From the IMG/VR virus record IMGVR_UViG_3300025087_000689: 64,000 nt of DNA. The stretch is one strand, 5' to 3'. Shown piece by piece: positions 1 to 11,300 of this stretch; positions within the stretch are counted from its first letter, which is position 1, and every line of letters starts with the position of its first letter. The translations under genes were made by a program, and so were the position numbers. Origin of the DNA: a virus (lineage: Duplodnaviria; Caudoviricetes). The notes under the pieces were generated by a model, which ran no database searches, had not been told where the DNA came from, and saw only the letters and a list, made by a program, of their open reading frames with translations.

Positions 1-5
1 TAGAT

Positions 6-3000
6 ATGTTAAAATTACAAAAATCGGCGTCATCCCTTGGTTCAGGATTTAGACTAACTCATGTATTTACTCGATTAGTTGAAAACGCCGATGAAATAGA
101 ATTAAATAAGATAGTAAAAACATTGTCTTCCCATAGTAGTACTATTGCACATAATGATCTTATTCATAAATTAAGTAAGATGACGAATATTAGTAATCGT
201 AAACAAATGATTATTCAAGCTGTGACAGCTGATAGTCATGATTCTAGTGTTGACGTTGCTGTTACTCACACGGCATTAAATCACGTATTAAGCGATAGGT
301 CTCAAATGGGCAGCATATTAGGTTTCACTAATATGTTAAATAAAATAATGAATACTGGTTTTATAGATTTTAAAACCAGGGTTAATATGCTTAACTATGC
401 TAATTTAGCTGTTCATTATACTGGTAAAGATGCCGCTGAAGATGCACTGTTTATGTCTACTATTCCAAATACTGTATCTGCGGGCGGTATGTTAAAGGGT
501 AAGACACAGATGTTTCCGTATCATAGATTAGATCCTCTTAACGTACAAGATAGTAGTTTGCGTCAAATCCATCAAGTCATGAATGGTGTTCGTCTTGGTT
601 ATTTAGGGGAACATGGGCATTTTTATGATCCGTACACAACCGCTTTTAGAAAAAATTTAGAAAGACAATCATCCAATATAGCTGAAAACATAGCAATTCA
701 TGCGGAACCTGTAATGATTCCCACACTGGTGATAGCTAAAGGTTACGGTGTTGCCCCTGATGACTCTATTACAATAGATAGTAGGGTTCTAAATAAAACT
801 GCAACAACGGTACGTCATAGAGAAAAGATAGTCAATTTTAAAGGTTTAAAACAAGAGGGATCTCTATTCGAACTAATTCATAGACTTACTAAAGATAAAG
901 GTATTAATATTTTCAATGAAAAAACTACTTTAGATGCAGATGAATTAAATCATTTATTTGATCAGCATTTTAAGAAAGAACAGGGAGAGCTGGGTGAAGC
1001 TTATCGACATTCTCAAGCTAATGTAAATAATTTAAAAGGAAAATTTTATCAGTTTGAACAAGACACACTCATAGCAAAAGATATATCAGGACAAGAAATT
1101 AGGTCTAAACACACTGGCAACACTCGTTTTTCAAAAATAAGATTCACCAGGGGTCGAAACGGTGAACTCCAATTTGTTTATGAACTAGAAGAACTTATTA
1201 CAGCTGAAAAGGTTAGAGCTGGTTTTGGAAAAGGAATGGTATTTGGAAGTGGTGAACAGGGAATTATGGGTATCCTTGGACACCATAATGATAGTCCGGC
1301 TGTTGTGTCTGACAGATTAACAGCTAGATCTAGAATTAAACCAGAGATGTTGCTTTCAGGTAATCTATTTAGTAGAAGTGACGTAGGAACTACTAAGAAA
1401 TTAGCTTTAAATAGAATTTATGGAACTTATATGGCTGCTGGTGATCATACAGGAGCACAACGTTTCTTGCAAGATTTATTCGCTAGAAGCACCACTTATC
1501 AAACAGGTAATCAATCTCGTGTTTTATTAGATTATACTACTGTGGCTGAAGCATTGGATATAGCTAATGGAGTGAAAGCTGATACGTTATATAAACACAT
1601 GGAAAAAGTTGGACTAACATGGGATACGGCGAATATCAAAGCATTGGCTCAAAGCCATAATGTAACATACACAGCAGATAAAATTGAAATGTCTAAGCGT
1701 TTTGATGACCTAACAGTAAGAATGATTGAAAAAGATAAACTTAATATACTGGATGGTGTTAAAGCTAACTCAACGAAAATTTTAGACGCAGCCATGGATA
1801 ATGAACAAATTAAGTTTATGCGTTCAGTATATAATCCATATTTTAATTTTGTCAGAAATAAGATTGATTTTAATCATGAAACTAATGGCAGATTTATAGA
1901 TTTCACTAAGATTAAACGTGATGGAAAAACTGTTATAGCTCCAGTTTTACTGACATTTAGTGATATATTATCATCGATGTCGTATCAGATGCAACAACAA
2001 CAAGAAAGACAACATACTATCTCAGTGTCATCTGTTATTGAAAAGCAAATGGAGGCTTTACAGTCAAATTATAATAAATCAATGGAAAAGACACTCATAG
2101 ATAGAATGATTGGACAAAAGAAAAGAGGGACAAGAAAAACAATACTATCTATTTTTTCTATGTTGCAAGGGGCCGATAAATTAAGTGGTGTTAGTATAGG
2201 TGAGGTGGATATTAACGCAACTAAACAAATTTTAAGTAGGACGGCGTCTTATCAGCAACTTCATAAGTACTTTCGAGAAAATGGATTAGGATCTGAATTA
2301 CAAACTCCTGCATTTAAGAAATGGTATCATGAAGCTTTTTTAACTACTACTATTTCTGATCTGGAAATAGAAAGACGTGATTTAGAATTAAAGTTAGATA
2401 ATTCTACTCCCACTAATAGAAAAGAAATTATTAATTCTATAAAAGAGGTGGATGATCGACTTAAAGGAATGAAGACATCTTTTAAGATTAGTGAAGAGTC
2501 ACTAGCTATTAAAGATATCGAAAGTATGACTGATACATTGTATAACCATGCTTTTCGTTCTAATGGACAAGGAGAATTCGGAGATAAAAATATTGGAATA
2601 AATGGACCAAAGGTAGCTCCTCCAGACCTAATATTATTTAAATCTAAGAATTTCAGAATGGATAAAGATTTCTTTAAAATGGTTAGAGAACAGTTACAAG
2701 TATTGGATGAAAATTTACGAACCAACGATCCAAAAGCATTTAAAAGAAGAGAATTTATAGATAAAATTATTAACATGACGGAATCACAGGTTAAGAATAA
2801 AGGCGTACATGACGGTATTATTTTACCTAACGCTCATATATTAATGGATGCCATGAACTTATCAGCGAGACAGTTAGCTCTTGGAAGCGAAATACCATTA
2901 ACGCGTGGAAATTTAATGAATAGTATGCAAAATGTTCTATCTTCTATTATGCTTACTACATCTAATGAATTTGAAAATAGTAAGAGTAGTGATTACTTTC

Positions 3001-5159
3001 ATAAAAGAACGGCTAAAAAATATGCTGAATTCCTGGGTGATTTAGCTCATAGGGTTGTTGGAAAGAACGGACTTTTCTCAAGAGAATTAGAATTACAAGG
3101 AACATATGGATTGTTAAATTCTCCATTTGCTTTTAAAAAACAAGTAGGTGGAATGGTGAGAGATCACAATAAACTTAAAGAAATAATTAGAGAAAAATAT
3201 AATAAAGCGACCAAAGATAATGGATTTGATGTAAGAAAAGCTAATACTCAGAAAATTATAAATCGTCACGTTGAAAGAGAATTTAATGCATCTCTAGAAT
3301 TAAATGAGAAGATTCAATCCGGTAGATATAACTTTATTGCTCGTAGTGAATTCATGAAACATCAAGTTAATGTTGGAAATGCTACTATGTCAGTTGGTAA
3401 GTTTTTCGAAAAAGAACTTAAAGAAGGACGACTGACAAAGGAAGAAATTAGATTAATGAAGACTGGAGGAAAATCTGTTCCAGTAGGAATTAGCAGATAT
3501 CCTTTAGAATCTAATATGTGGGGTTTGTTTTCTGGTGAAACCTTTGTATACGATCAAAATTGGGCCGTGTTTCAAGATGTAAGAAAAGGTACAGTTCCTT
3601 CTCTAGATACTATGTTAATGTTAAGAGCTGACTCTGATGGCGATAATATAGTAACTAGATTATTAAATGTTAAAAATATGGAAGAACTAAATAAGGTTCT
3701 AACTGAAAGACGAGGTAGAACTAAAGACGTATATGAGGCTATGTTTCAATATCAAAATAATCTTTTTAAGTTTGGAAATACGACTAAAGCTAAAGAGATA
3801 ACCGAGAAGATGTATGGTAAAAAGTTTCAACCAAGTGAGATACGAAGTATAATAACACTGACGACTGAGATGTTAGAAGATTATGGACATAAAGTGAGCA
3901 AAGATCCTATCATTGGACATAAATTAGAGGAGTTGCAGCAATCTGAAATTAATAAACTTGGTAATTTAAAATTTATAGATGCATCTATATCAGATTTAAA
4001 AAAGTTTGTTGGATCTGAATCAATTCAAGAACTAATAGAAGAGAAAACAAGAAGATTTAGAGCTAGGGTAGTTGGTCAAGCATCTGTGGGTTATCTATCT
4101 TCCGCAGCCAGTAAGTTTAAAGCCAGAAAAGATCTTATAATGGAAAGAATAAGTTTAATTAAAGATCCCAAACTCCAACAAGATATGATAAAATTATTTC
4201 CAGGAATGAATCAAGCAAATGAGAACGCGGTTAAGATTTTTGGCGATACAATGAGTACTATGTTTCAAGATTTAAATAACTCCTATGATGATTTAATAAG
4301 AAGTTTAACACATCAAGGACCGGAACAAAAAGCTATAAGTATGAAGAAACTAACTGAAAATGATGCCATATCACACGTTTTAAATGTCGTTAGTCACGTT
4401 GATGACTTAGATAATGCATCGGTTCAAGGATCTTTTAAACGTCTTAGTATCGATATCAGTAAAGATAATTTAAAAAAATGGAGATTCTTTCAAGATATTC
4501 ACAAAACATTATTAAAATCTGACCCAAACTATGAGAGACAGTATCATGATGCTACTGTAGATTTAACACATAATGGTAAGAATGTAATGGATTTATTAAA
4601 TATGTCTCTATCTGCTAGATTTTCACAAGGGTTCGAACAATTAACTCCTAAAGAACTACAACATGCTATGTCTGCTTATACTGAAAGTACCACACCTAGT
4701 TTTGGAACAAAAGTTAGTACAGCTTGGAGAAATTCGGTTAAACAAGTACTTGAGATGAAACCAGCTAAGTCCGTCTTAGGACTTGGGATAGGACTAAGTA
4801 TATTAAGTCTTGGCAGCCCAGATCAGCTAGCTGGTGGTATTAGTAGTTTTGGTATTGATATCGGTCATCGTCCAGGTTTTAAATCAGACTCAGATATTGG
4901 AATGGAATCGTTATCTGCAGAACCAGGACAAGATGTTTTTACTCAAAAATGGACTTATTTATTGAATAACGACCCTATTTTAAAGGATAATATAAGTGCA
5001 CTAAGTGATAGAAGTTATAAGGATTTAACTATGAATAAGAAGATATATACGCAGTTTAATCCATCTAAGAAATTTAAAAGAAATTATATTGATTATAGAA
5101 AGAATTATAATAGCAGATATCAAACTAACGATATGCGTAGAACTCAAATAGGAATGTAA
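6..5159 (+). CDS. Giant virion protein in tape-measure position with a single-chain two-barrel (DPBB) RNA polymerase-like core; probably 5'-truncated by the window edge
   Basis: ORF of 1717 aa, with the frame open back to the window start. It contains a beta-like motif VYELEELITAEKVRAGFGKGMV (K codons 1209 and 1230) and a beta'-like RYP (3495-3503) followed by ADSDGD (3627-3644). Bridge-helix-like GQASVGYL (4074-4097) and EQKAISMK (4323-4346) follow, then a hydrophobic C-terminal segment VLGLGIGLSILSLG. It lies directly upstream of the baseplate genes. Confidence 0.7.
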   Translation: MLKLQKSASSLGSGFRLTHVFTRLVENADEIELNKIVKTLSSHSSTIAHNDLIHKLSKMTNISNRKQMIIQAVTADSHDSSVDVAVTHTALNHVLSDRSQMGSILGFTNMLNKIMNTGFIDFKTRVNMLNYANLAVHYTGKDAAEDALFMSTIPNTVSAGGMLKGKTQMFPYHRLDPLNVQDSSLRQIHQVMNGVRLGYLGEHGHFYDPYTTAFRKNLERQSSNIAENIAIHAEPVMIPTLVIAKGYGVAPDDSITIDSRVLNKTATTVRHREKIVNFKGLKQEGSLFELIHRLTKDKGINIFNEKTTLDADELNHLFDQHFKKEQGELGEAYRHSQANVNNLKGKFYQFEQDTLIAKDISGQEIRSKHTGNTRFSKIRFTRGRNGELQFVYELEELITAEKVRAGFGKGMVFGSGEQGIMGILGHHNDSPAVVSDRLTARSRIKPEMLLSGNLFSRSDVGTTKKLALNRIYGTYMAAGDHTGAQRFLQDLFARSTTYQTGNQSRVLLDYTTVAEALDIANGVKADTLYKHMEKVGLTWDTANIKALAQSHNVTYTADKIEMSKRFDDLTVRMIEKDKLNILDGVKANSTKILDAAMDNEQIKFMRSVYNPYFNFVRNKIDFNHETNGRFIDFTKIKRDGKTVIAPVLLTFSDILSSMSYQMQQQQERQHTISVSSVIEKQMEALQSNYNKSMEKTLIDRMIGQKKRGTRKTILSIFSMLQGADKLSGVSIGEVDINATKQILSRTASYQQLHKYFRENGLGSELQTPAFKKWYHEAFLTTTISDLEIERRDLELKLDNSTPTNRKEIINSIKEVDDRLKGMKTSFKISEESLAIKDIESMTDTLYNHAFRSNGQGEFGDKNIGINGPKVAPPDLILFKSKNFRMDKDFFKMVREQLQVLDENLRTNDPKAFKRREFIDKIINMTESQVKNKGVHDGIILPNAHILMDAMNLSARQLALGSEIPLTRGNLMNSMQNVLSSIMLTTSNEFENSKSSDYFHKRTAKKYAEFLGDLAHRVVGKNGLFSRELELQGTYGLLNSPFAFKKQVGGMVRDHNKLKEIIREKYNKATKDNGFDVRKANTQKIINRHVEREFNASLELNEKIQSGRYNFIARSEFMKHQVNVGNATMSVGKFFEKELKEGRLTKEEIRLMKTGGKSVPVGISRYPLESNMWGLFSGETFVYDQNWAVFQDVRKGTVPSLDTMLMLRADSDGDNIVTRLLNVKNMEELNKVLTERRGRTKDVYEAMFQYQNNLFKFGNTTKAKEITEKMYGKKFQPSEIRSIITLTTEMLEDYGHKVSKDPIIGHKLEELQQSEINKLGNLKFIDASISDLKKFVGSESIQELIEEKTRRFRARVVGQASVGYLSSAASKFKARKDLIMERISLIKDPKLQQDMIKLFPGMNQANENAVKIFGDTMSTMFQDLNNSYDDLIRSLTHQGPEQKAISMKKLTENDAISHVLNVVSHVDDLDNASVQGSFKRLSIDISKDNLKKWRFFQDIHKTLLKSDPNYERQYHDATVDLTHNGKNVMDLLNMSLSARFSQGFEQLTPKELQHAMSAYTESTTPSFGTKVSTAWRNSVKQVLEMKPAKSVLGLGIGLSILSLGSPDQLAGGISSFGIDIGHRPGFKSDSDIGMESLSAEPGQDVFTQKWTYLLNNDPILKDNISALSDRSYKDLTMNKKIYTQFNPSKKFKRNYIDYRKNYNSRYQTNDMRRTQIGM

Positions 5160-5356
5160 TGCCACAACTCAATATTAGTATCACGTTAGATAATATAGAC
5201 TCTGAAATAGACGCCAACCAGTTAGCGTCCACCATTGAGAATATTATAAGACAAAATAGCGGAATAGATAATATACAAACTAGTATTTATGATAATGATG
5301 GAAGTAATAGTGGAAATCCTATTATGGCACAGAACATTATGAGGAAGATAAAGTAA
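5159..5356 (+). CDS. Small hypothetical protein (65 aa)
   Basis: TAATG overlaps with both neighbours indicate translational coupling. No recognisable motif. Confidence 0.7.
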   Translation: MPQLNISITLDNIDSEIDANQLASTIENIIRQNSGIDNIQTSIYDNDGSNSGNPIMAQNIMRKIK

Positions 5357-8300
5357 TGGGAAAACCTACCTTTGAAAATAAATCGCATGATGATGAAAAA
5401 TCTTTTGCGAAAATGAGGAAATATGAACCTCTTAAAGATCTCGTTGATGTTATTGATCTATTATCTAAAAAATATAATATACATATTACATCTTTAGGTA
5501 GAGGTTTTAAACCTGGTTTTACAACTACTACTTCAGTTGCTACTGCACTAGGTCTTAAAGATCCTCTCATTAGTATTGTTAATAAGTTCTTTAATAGAAC
5601 TGATGTTAGTGAGAATGAATTTATATATAAGAAAGTAATTTGGGAATCTTCTGATCCTATTAATGATCATAATTTTGTTAAGTATAGTCCACACTTTTGG
5701 ATTCCTGATCAACCTTTTGGATGTGCGGTAGATATTAGATCAAAGAATTTTACTGAATCTCAAATACAATCAATTGTTAATATAATTAAAGCTCAGAATA
5801 AAGAATTATATGTTTTAGTTCATTCAATTAAAGGTAACTATCCCCATATTCATCTACAACATGATGGAGTTTATAAAGCTGGATTAAACACAATGAAAGA
5901 TCTAGTAGATGAGGCTTGTGGATATACAAAAATACGAAAAACTTATTCGGCATTAAATCCGGCTAAACTTGTAAAAAGAGATCCTGACTACGTGGATACT
6001 TTTAAAAAGCTCGATAACGCAATCTGTGATGGATTTACAGCGGCTGATATCGCAGAAACTCTAGACATAGCTAATCAAAAACCTAATTTAAAAGATAAGA
6101 AAGATACTAGAACTATACTTCCGTCAGATATAGATAATAATGGATTAATGGAAGTTCTTAGAATTGGTGATATTAATTTTAGCGTGTGTCCAGTAACTCA
6201 GATTTCATATTCACAATCAATGCAATATGTTAGATTTTCTACATTGAGAACAGTCGGAGATCCAAAAATAGCTAATGACACCGTCCCAAATAACGTTACC
6301 TTGAATATAATCTTTCCAAATGCTGATGCTATTAATAACCAAATGAGATCCCTCATAGCACAGTTTATGGTAACTCCGATAACTATAGTTCAAAATAGAT
6401 TCATAACTAGAACATTAAAACCATTGATTATCAATCATAAGGGTGAGACCGAGGCTAATCCTTTATTATCACCAGAAGATGAGAGTATCTGGATGATAAT
6501 GACTGATTTAAATGTTAGATCTATTCCAAATTTTCCAGAAGCGTTTGAAGTATATATTACATTAGAGATGTTCGAAGATAGGGTTTTTGGTAATAAACTA
6601 AAGTTTCTTGTTGATTATAAAGATTTACAAGAAAAATATAGGCGGAAACAAGAGATTTTTGGTCATCAATATATAATACCTTCTGAAAAAACTATGTTAA
6701 AATCGGCAGCGGATTTTAAACCAGGGATTATCAATGTTACATCTGATCCTAATAATTCAGAATTATATAAAAACTTTTATCAATCTGTCGCTAATACATT
6801 TGAATTATACTATCCAGAACAGGATACAAAAACTGGTGGAAAATTAACTGTTTTATACAATTCTTATAATTATAGTAGAGAAAATATTCGAAAAGTTAAA
6901 AAGACGATGGAAGAAGAATATAATCAATCGTTATTAGAGACTCAAGATATTATTAAAGAACTTCAACCAGGAGAAATTAAATGGTTCGCTGGTAAGGGAT
7001 TAAATGTTATAAAACCAGATGTAATACAGTTAATAAATAAAACAGGAAGAACTACTATTGATTTACTGGAGTTGACGATATCCAATTTTGAGTCTGTAAA
7101 ATCGTTGCATAATTTTCGTTACTCTGTGATGGATCCGATATTTAGATTTAGACAGTTATCTAAGGATGCTTCGATATATGTTAATAGGATCGGAGATGAA
7201 TTAGGATTAACTTCTTGGGATAAACAACAAGTTTTAAAAATATTTAATAGTGCACTGGGACGAATTGGAACACTAGAAAAATATAGCACCGGACTAGCTA
7301 GTGCATTTAAAACAGACGCCAATGGTAATCCATTGAGCAATCAATTAACTAATCCTACACCCGCTCAAGATATTGGTCGGACTGATGGTTTAATAGGTGG
7401 ATTAGAAGCTCTAATAGGTGAAATGTTATTTACGGTCGAAGGTGGAAAAAACGAAGCTTTATCGAAACGAGCAGCTAAAATCAACACCGCATTAAAAAAG
7501 ATAACTGAATTATGTCTTGGTGATATTAATGAAGAAAAACCAGGATCAAATCTCGATCAGGACGGGTTACCAACATTTATTGCACGTTATAGTAGTGTAG
7601 ATTTAATAGATGGAAAAGATAGTATATCTACAGGTGTATCATTTTCTATTAGTAATAAGGTTATTCCACAGCAGGTTATTGGATGGAAACAACCTACATT
7701 TCAACATCTAGGTCGAAGTGATTGGTCTATTAACATGAATATTATTTGTAAGAATGATGAAGCTATTCGTAATATAATGTTCATACTTAATAAAATGGGA
7801 GTTTTATCTAAACAAATACAGTTTACATCACCTGCCAAATTTATTAATCTTGATACAACATTACATATTCAAGAAGGCGATCCAATCTTTGGAGTATTAG
7901 GAATAAATAGTTTTGTTTTAAATACGGTTGAGGTATCTAGTATTCCTGGTCAACCAGGAGAATATCAGATTAATTTAGGTTTAGAACAAGCAGATTTATC
8001 TATTCACACGGCTGAAAAAATCGAAGAATCGTCAGCAAAACAAAAAAACAAAGAGTCGTCTCAGTTAATTCTTAAAGATATATTACCCGTCTTAAAGGCT
8101 ATAGTTATTAATAAAGATCGTAAAGATTATGGACAGATATTGGATTTCGAAAAAATAAAAGACGCAATTGATAATCCTAATCTAAATGAATACTGGAAAG
8201 CTTATGGTGTTGATTCTTACGATTATATGGATAAATATAATTTTTATAAATTAATGCTTGGAACTAAAAAAGTAACAGACCCAGATAAAGATTGGGATCT

Positions 8301-11300
8301 TTTGGTAATGGATCTATTTCCAACGGATACTAATTTTTCATCCAATAAGTACTTTTCATCTAATAAGTCAGGACATGCATTTATAACAAGTATAATTAAA
8401 TTAAATAATTTAATTATAACTGAAACGGCTGGTAATTTGATCTGGCCTAAAGGTTCTGTAAAAACTTCACTTGGTTTAGTTGAATCTCTACAATTTTATT
8501 TTGAAAGTATTGGTCATTTGGCGAATGCTTCCAAAAATCATGTCGCTACCCAAACTGTGGATAAAAATAGTGCTCTGTGGCGAGCACTTGGTGTTAGTGC
8601 TGGTGGCACAGCTTTAGTTGGAACAGTAGGTACTCTAATAGGTATAGGGCCTGTTGGATGGGGTATTTTGATGGGTGTTACAGCCATTGCTCTTGGTGGT
8701 GGTGCTATAGGTTATGTTTTTTCTGAAGATACATTATTAGCCATTAAAGATAAATTACCAGAGATTTTACCTGCCGCATTTAATATAACTGTTAATAATA
8801 GAATTATAGAATTAGCAAAAGAATTCTTATTAGATGATACGTCGCTTGATGTTTTTTCTTCTGACTTTGAAATTGGAAATGGAGTAATTTTACAGGATAG
8901 AATGAGATCTATAAGAGAAGATATTGCAACTTCTCTAAAAGGTTGTTATAATGATTTTGAAAGTCAGATACAATTAGCATCAAAGAAAACTGGAATATCT
9001 TCATCCTTTCTGGATCCTGCTTTTTATCTGTATTCGGACGATTTCATTACGGTCGATTTAATTAGAGAGTTACGTATTGATATTCAAAATCGACTAAGTA
9101 TGTTGGCTACAAGGGCCAATATTAATGCACTACAACTGGGGACAGTTGTAGCAGATAAATACTTTCCTAAAACAGGATCAAATAAATATAATGTCGAATT
9201 AGATAAATTGCTTATTCCGCTTCCAAAAGATAGTTTAATTACTCAACAAGACTTACAATGGGTGGTTGATGTTCGTAATAAAATTGTCCAAATTAATAAG
9301 AATGCTTTTGATGATGCCAATAAAGAAAATATTCAAAAATTAATGGGACTTCAAAATAATACAAAAGAATTTGAAGAAGTATTTCTTAATGATTATTGGC
9401 CAGAACGCGTTAAAGGTGAAAGAACATCAGTTGTAATGGAAGCTGCATTTGCCAGATTACAATTAATTAATTCTGCTTTAAGATTTGAAACTATTAAAAG
9501 TTCTCTTGATAAAGCAACCGAACAAGTTAGTAGAGGCAGATCATCCTTTAGAAAAGATATGGCGAGTCAGATACAATTAAGAGAATATAATAAACTCTTT
9601 AAAGATGTCGAATATCCAAAAGTTGTGGCACGTAACCCCACTATGACATGGTATGAAGCGATTATAGATGCAGGTGGAATAGGTAATCCATATATTGGTG
9701 CTACATCAGTCGATAAAGTTTTTTCTGAGATCAATGGTAAGAGTATGTATACTTACTTTACTAACGACGGCATGAGAGAATTACTTTATCAAATAGAAAC
9801 AATAGCTAAATGTAAGAAAGCAATGAATAATAATACATCTGCTGAATTAATGGCAGCTTACAATGCATTGGAAGCCGATCCTAGAATGCTTCAAAAACGA
9901 ATTGATCAAATACAAAGTTTACAAGATATCTTATTTAAAGCCACGCTAAATGATAATACTGGTAATCCAATTCGTATTTTTCCTACTTTTAAGATATATT
10001 TTATCGAAGAGGATGCACCCGAGTGGGGTATCTTTAATGACTTCTATGACTATAGTGCGGTTCAAGAGATTACCGTGGTCAAAGATAGAAAGTCTGCTTC
10101 AGATACATGTGTTATTAAATTATCGAATGTGGCTGGTAAATTAACTGATTCTTTTGCTGAAAATATACCAGAAATCGGGACAGACAATTTACCATTAACT
10201 TCTATGATGTTAAAACCAGGTATGTCCATACTTGTAAAAATGGGATATAGCAATAGTCAGGTAGAATTACCTGTTGTATTTTATGGTATTATAATTGAGG
10301 TTGCACCGGGACCTATTGTTGAGATTATATGCCAGGGTTATGGGGCTGAATTAAATGAGATTATTGCTCCTGGAGAAGGAGTACATCATGGTGTATTTGG
10401 AGATGTCAAAGCATTAGGCGATGTTGCAACCTGGGCTATTCAGCAAGCTACTGGTCTTAATCATTTTGGTAAATTAGGTTATACAAGTTTTGGTATTAAA
10501 GATACACTAAGATTGTCCGGCACCGCTACCACAGGATTACAAGGTCAGATGAAAATAGGTTCTTTTATAACGGGGTTGCCGGGTTTAAATATTAACGACC
10601 CAAGAGACGATAATATTTTCTTGTCTTATAATATTGGAAATATTAAGAAAGAAAAACAAATCACAGGATCTTTAAATTTAGCACTAGAATGGTTAATTTC
10701 AAAATGGGAATTATCAGGTAATCTTCATTTTGATTGGTATATCAGAGATCAAAGTATATGGGATGTGTTATCAGAACTAGTATACTTTAGTCCAGATTTT
10801 CTTAAGATAGTATTACCATATAATGATAATTTATTTCCATTTATACCTAAGATTCGAAATACGTTGTATGTAGGGCCTAGACGTGGTTACTATAAGTACA
10901 CTGATATGTTTTCTATGATATCCGTTGATAACAATATTGAATTTTCTAATGCTAATAAAGTGGCTGATATTTTATTTCGTATGGCTGAAGATATTACTTA
11001 TAACGATGAAATTCCACATACCGATATTATTGATAAACTGGTGGCCGATTTCAAATCATTGACTGATAATGACACCTTATTTAAAACAGCTATTTTCTAT
11101 TATTTCGGTATTGCTGAAACTGGTTCTACAACAGTACAGGCATTTAACGCACAAGAAATTGGTAAAAGAGATCAGATAATAAAACTGTCAAAAGCATTTA
11201 GAAAAGAATTTACTAATTATGAAACAATACTCACAGATTATAAGACAATACAAAAGGGTTCTAAGCTTGAACATATCAATCGAAATTTTGAAGAGAATTT

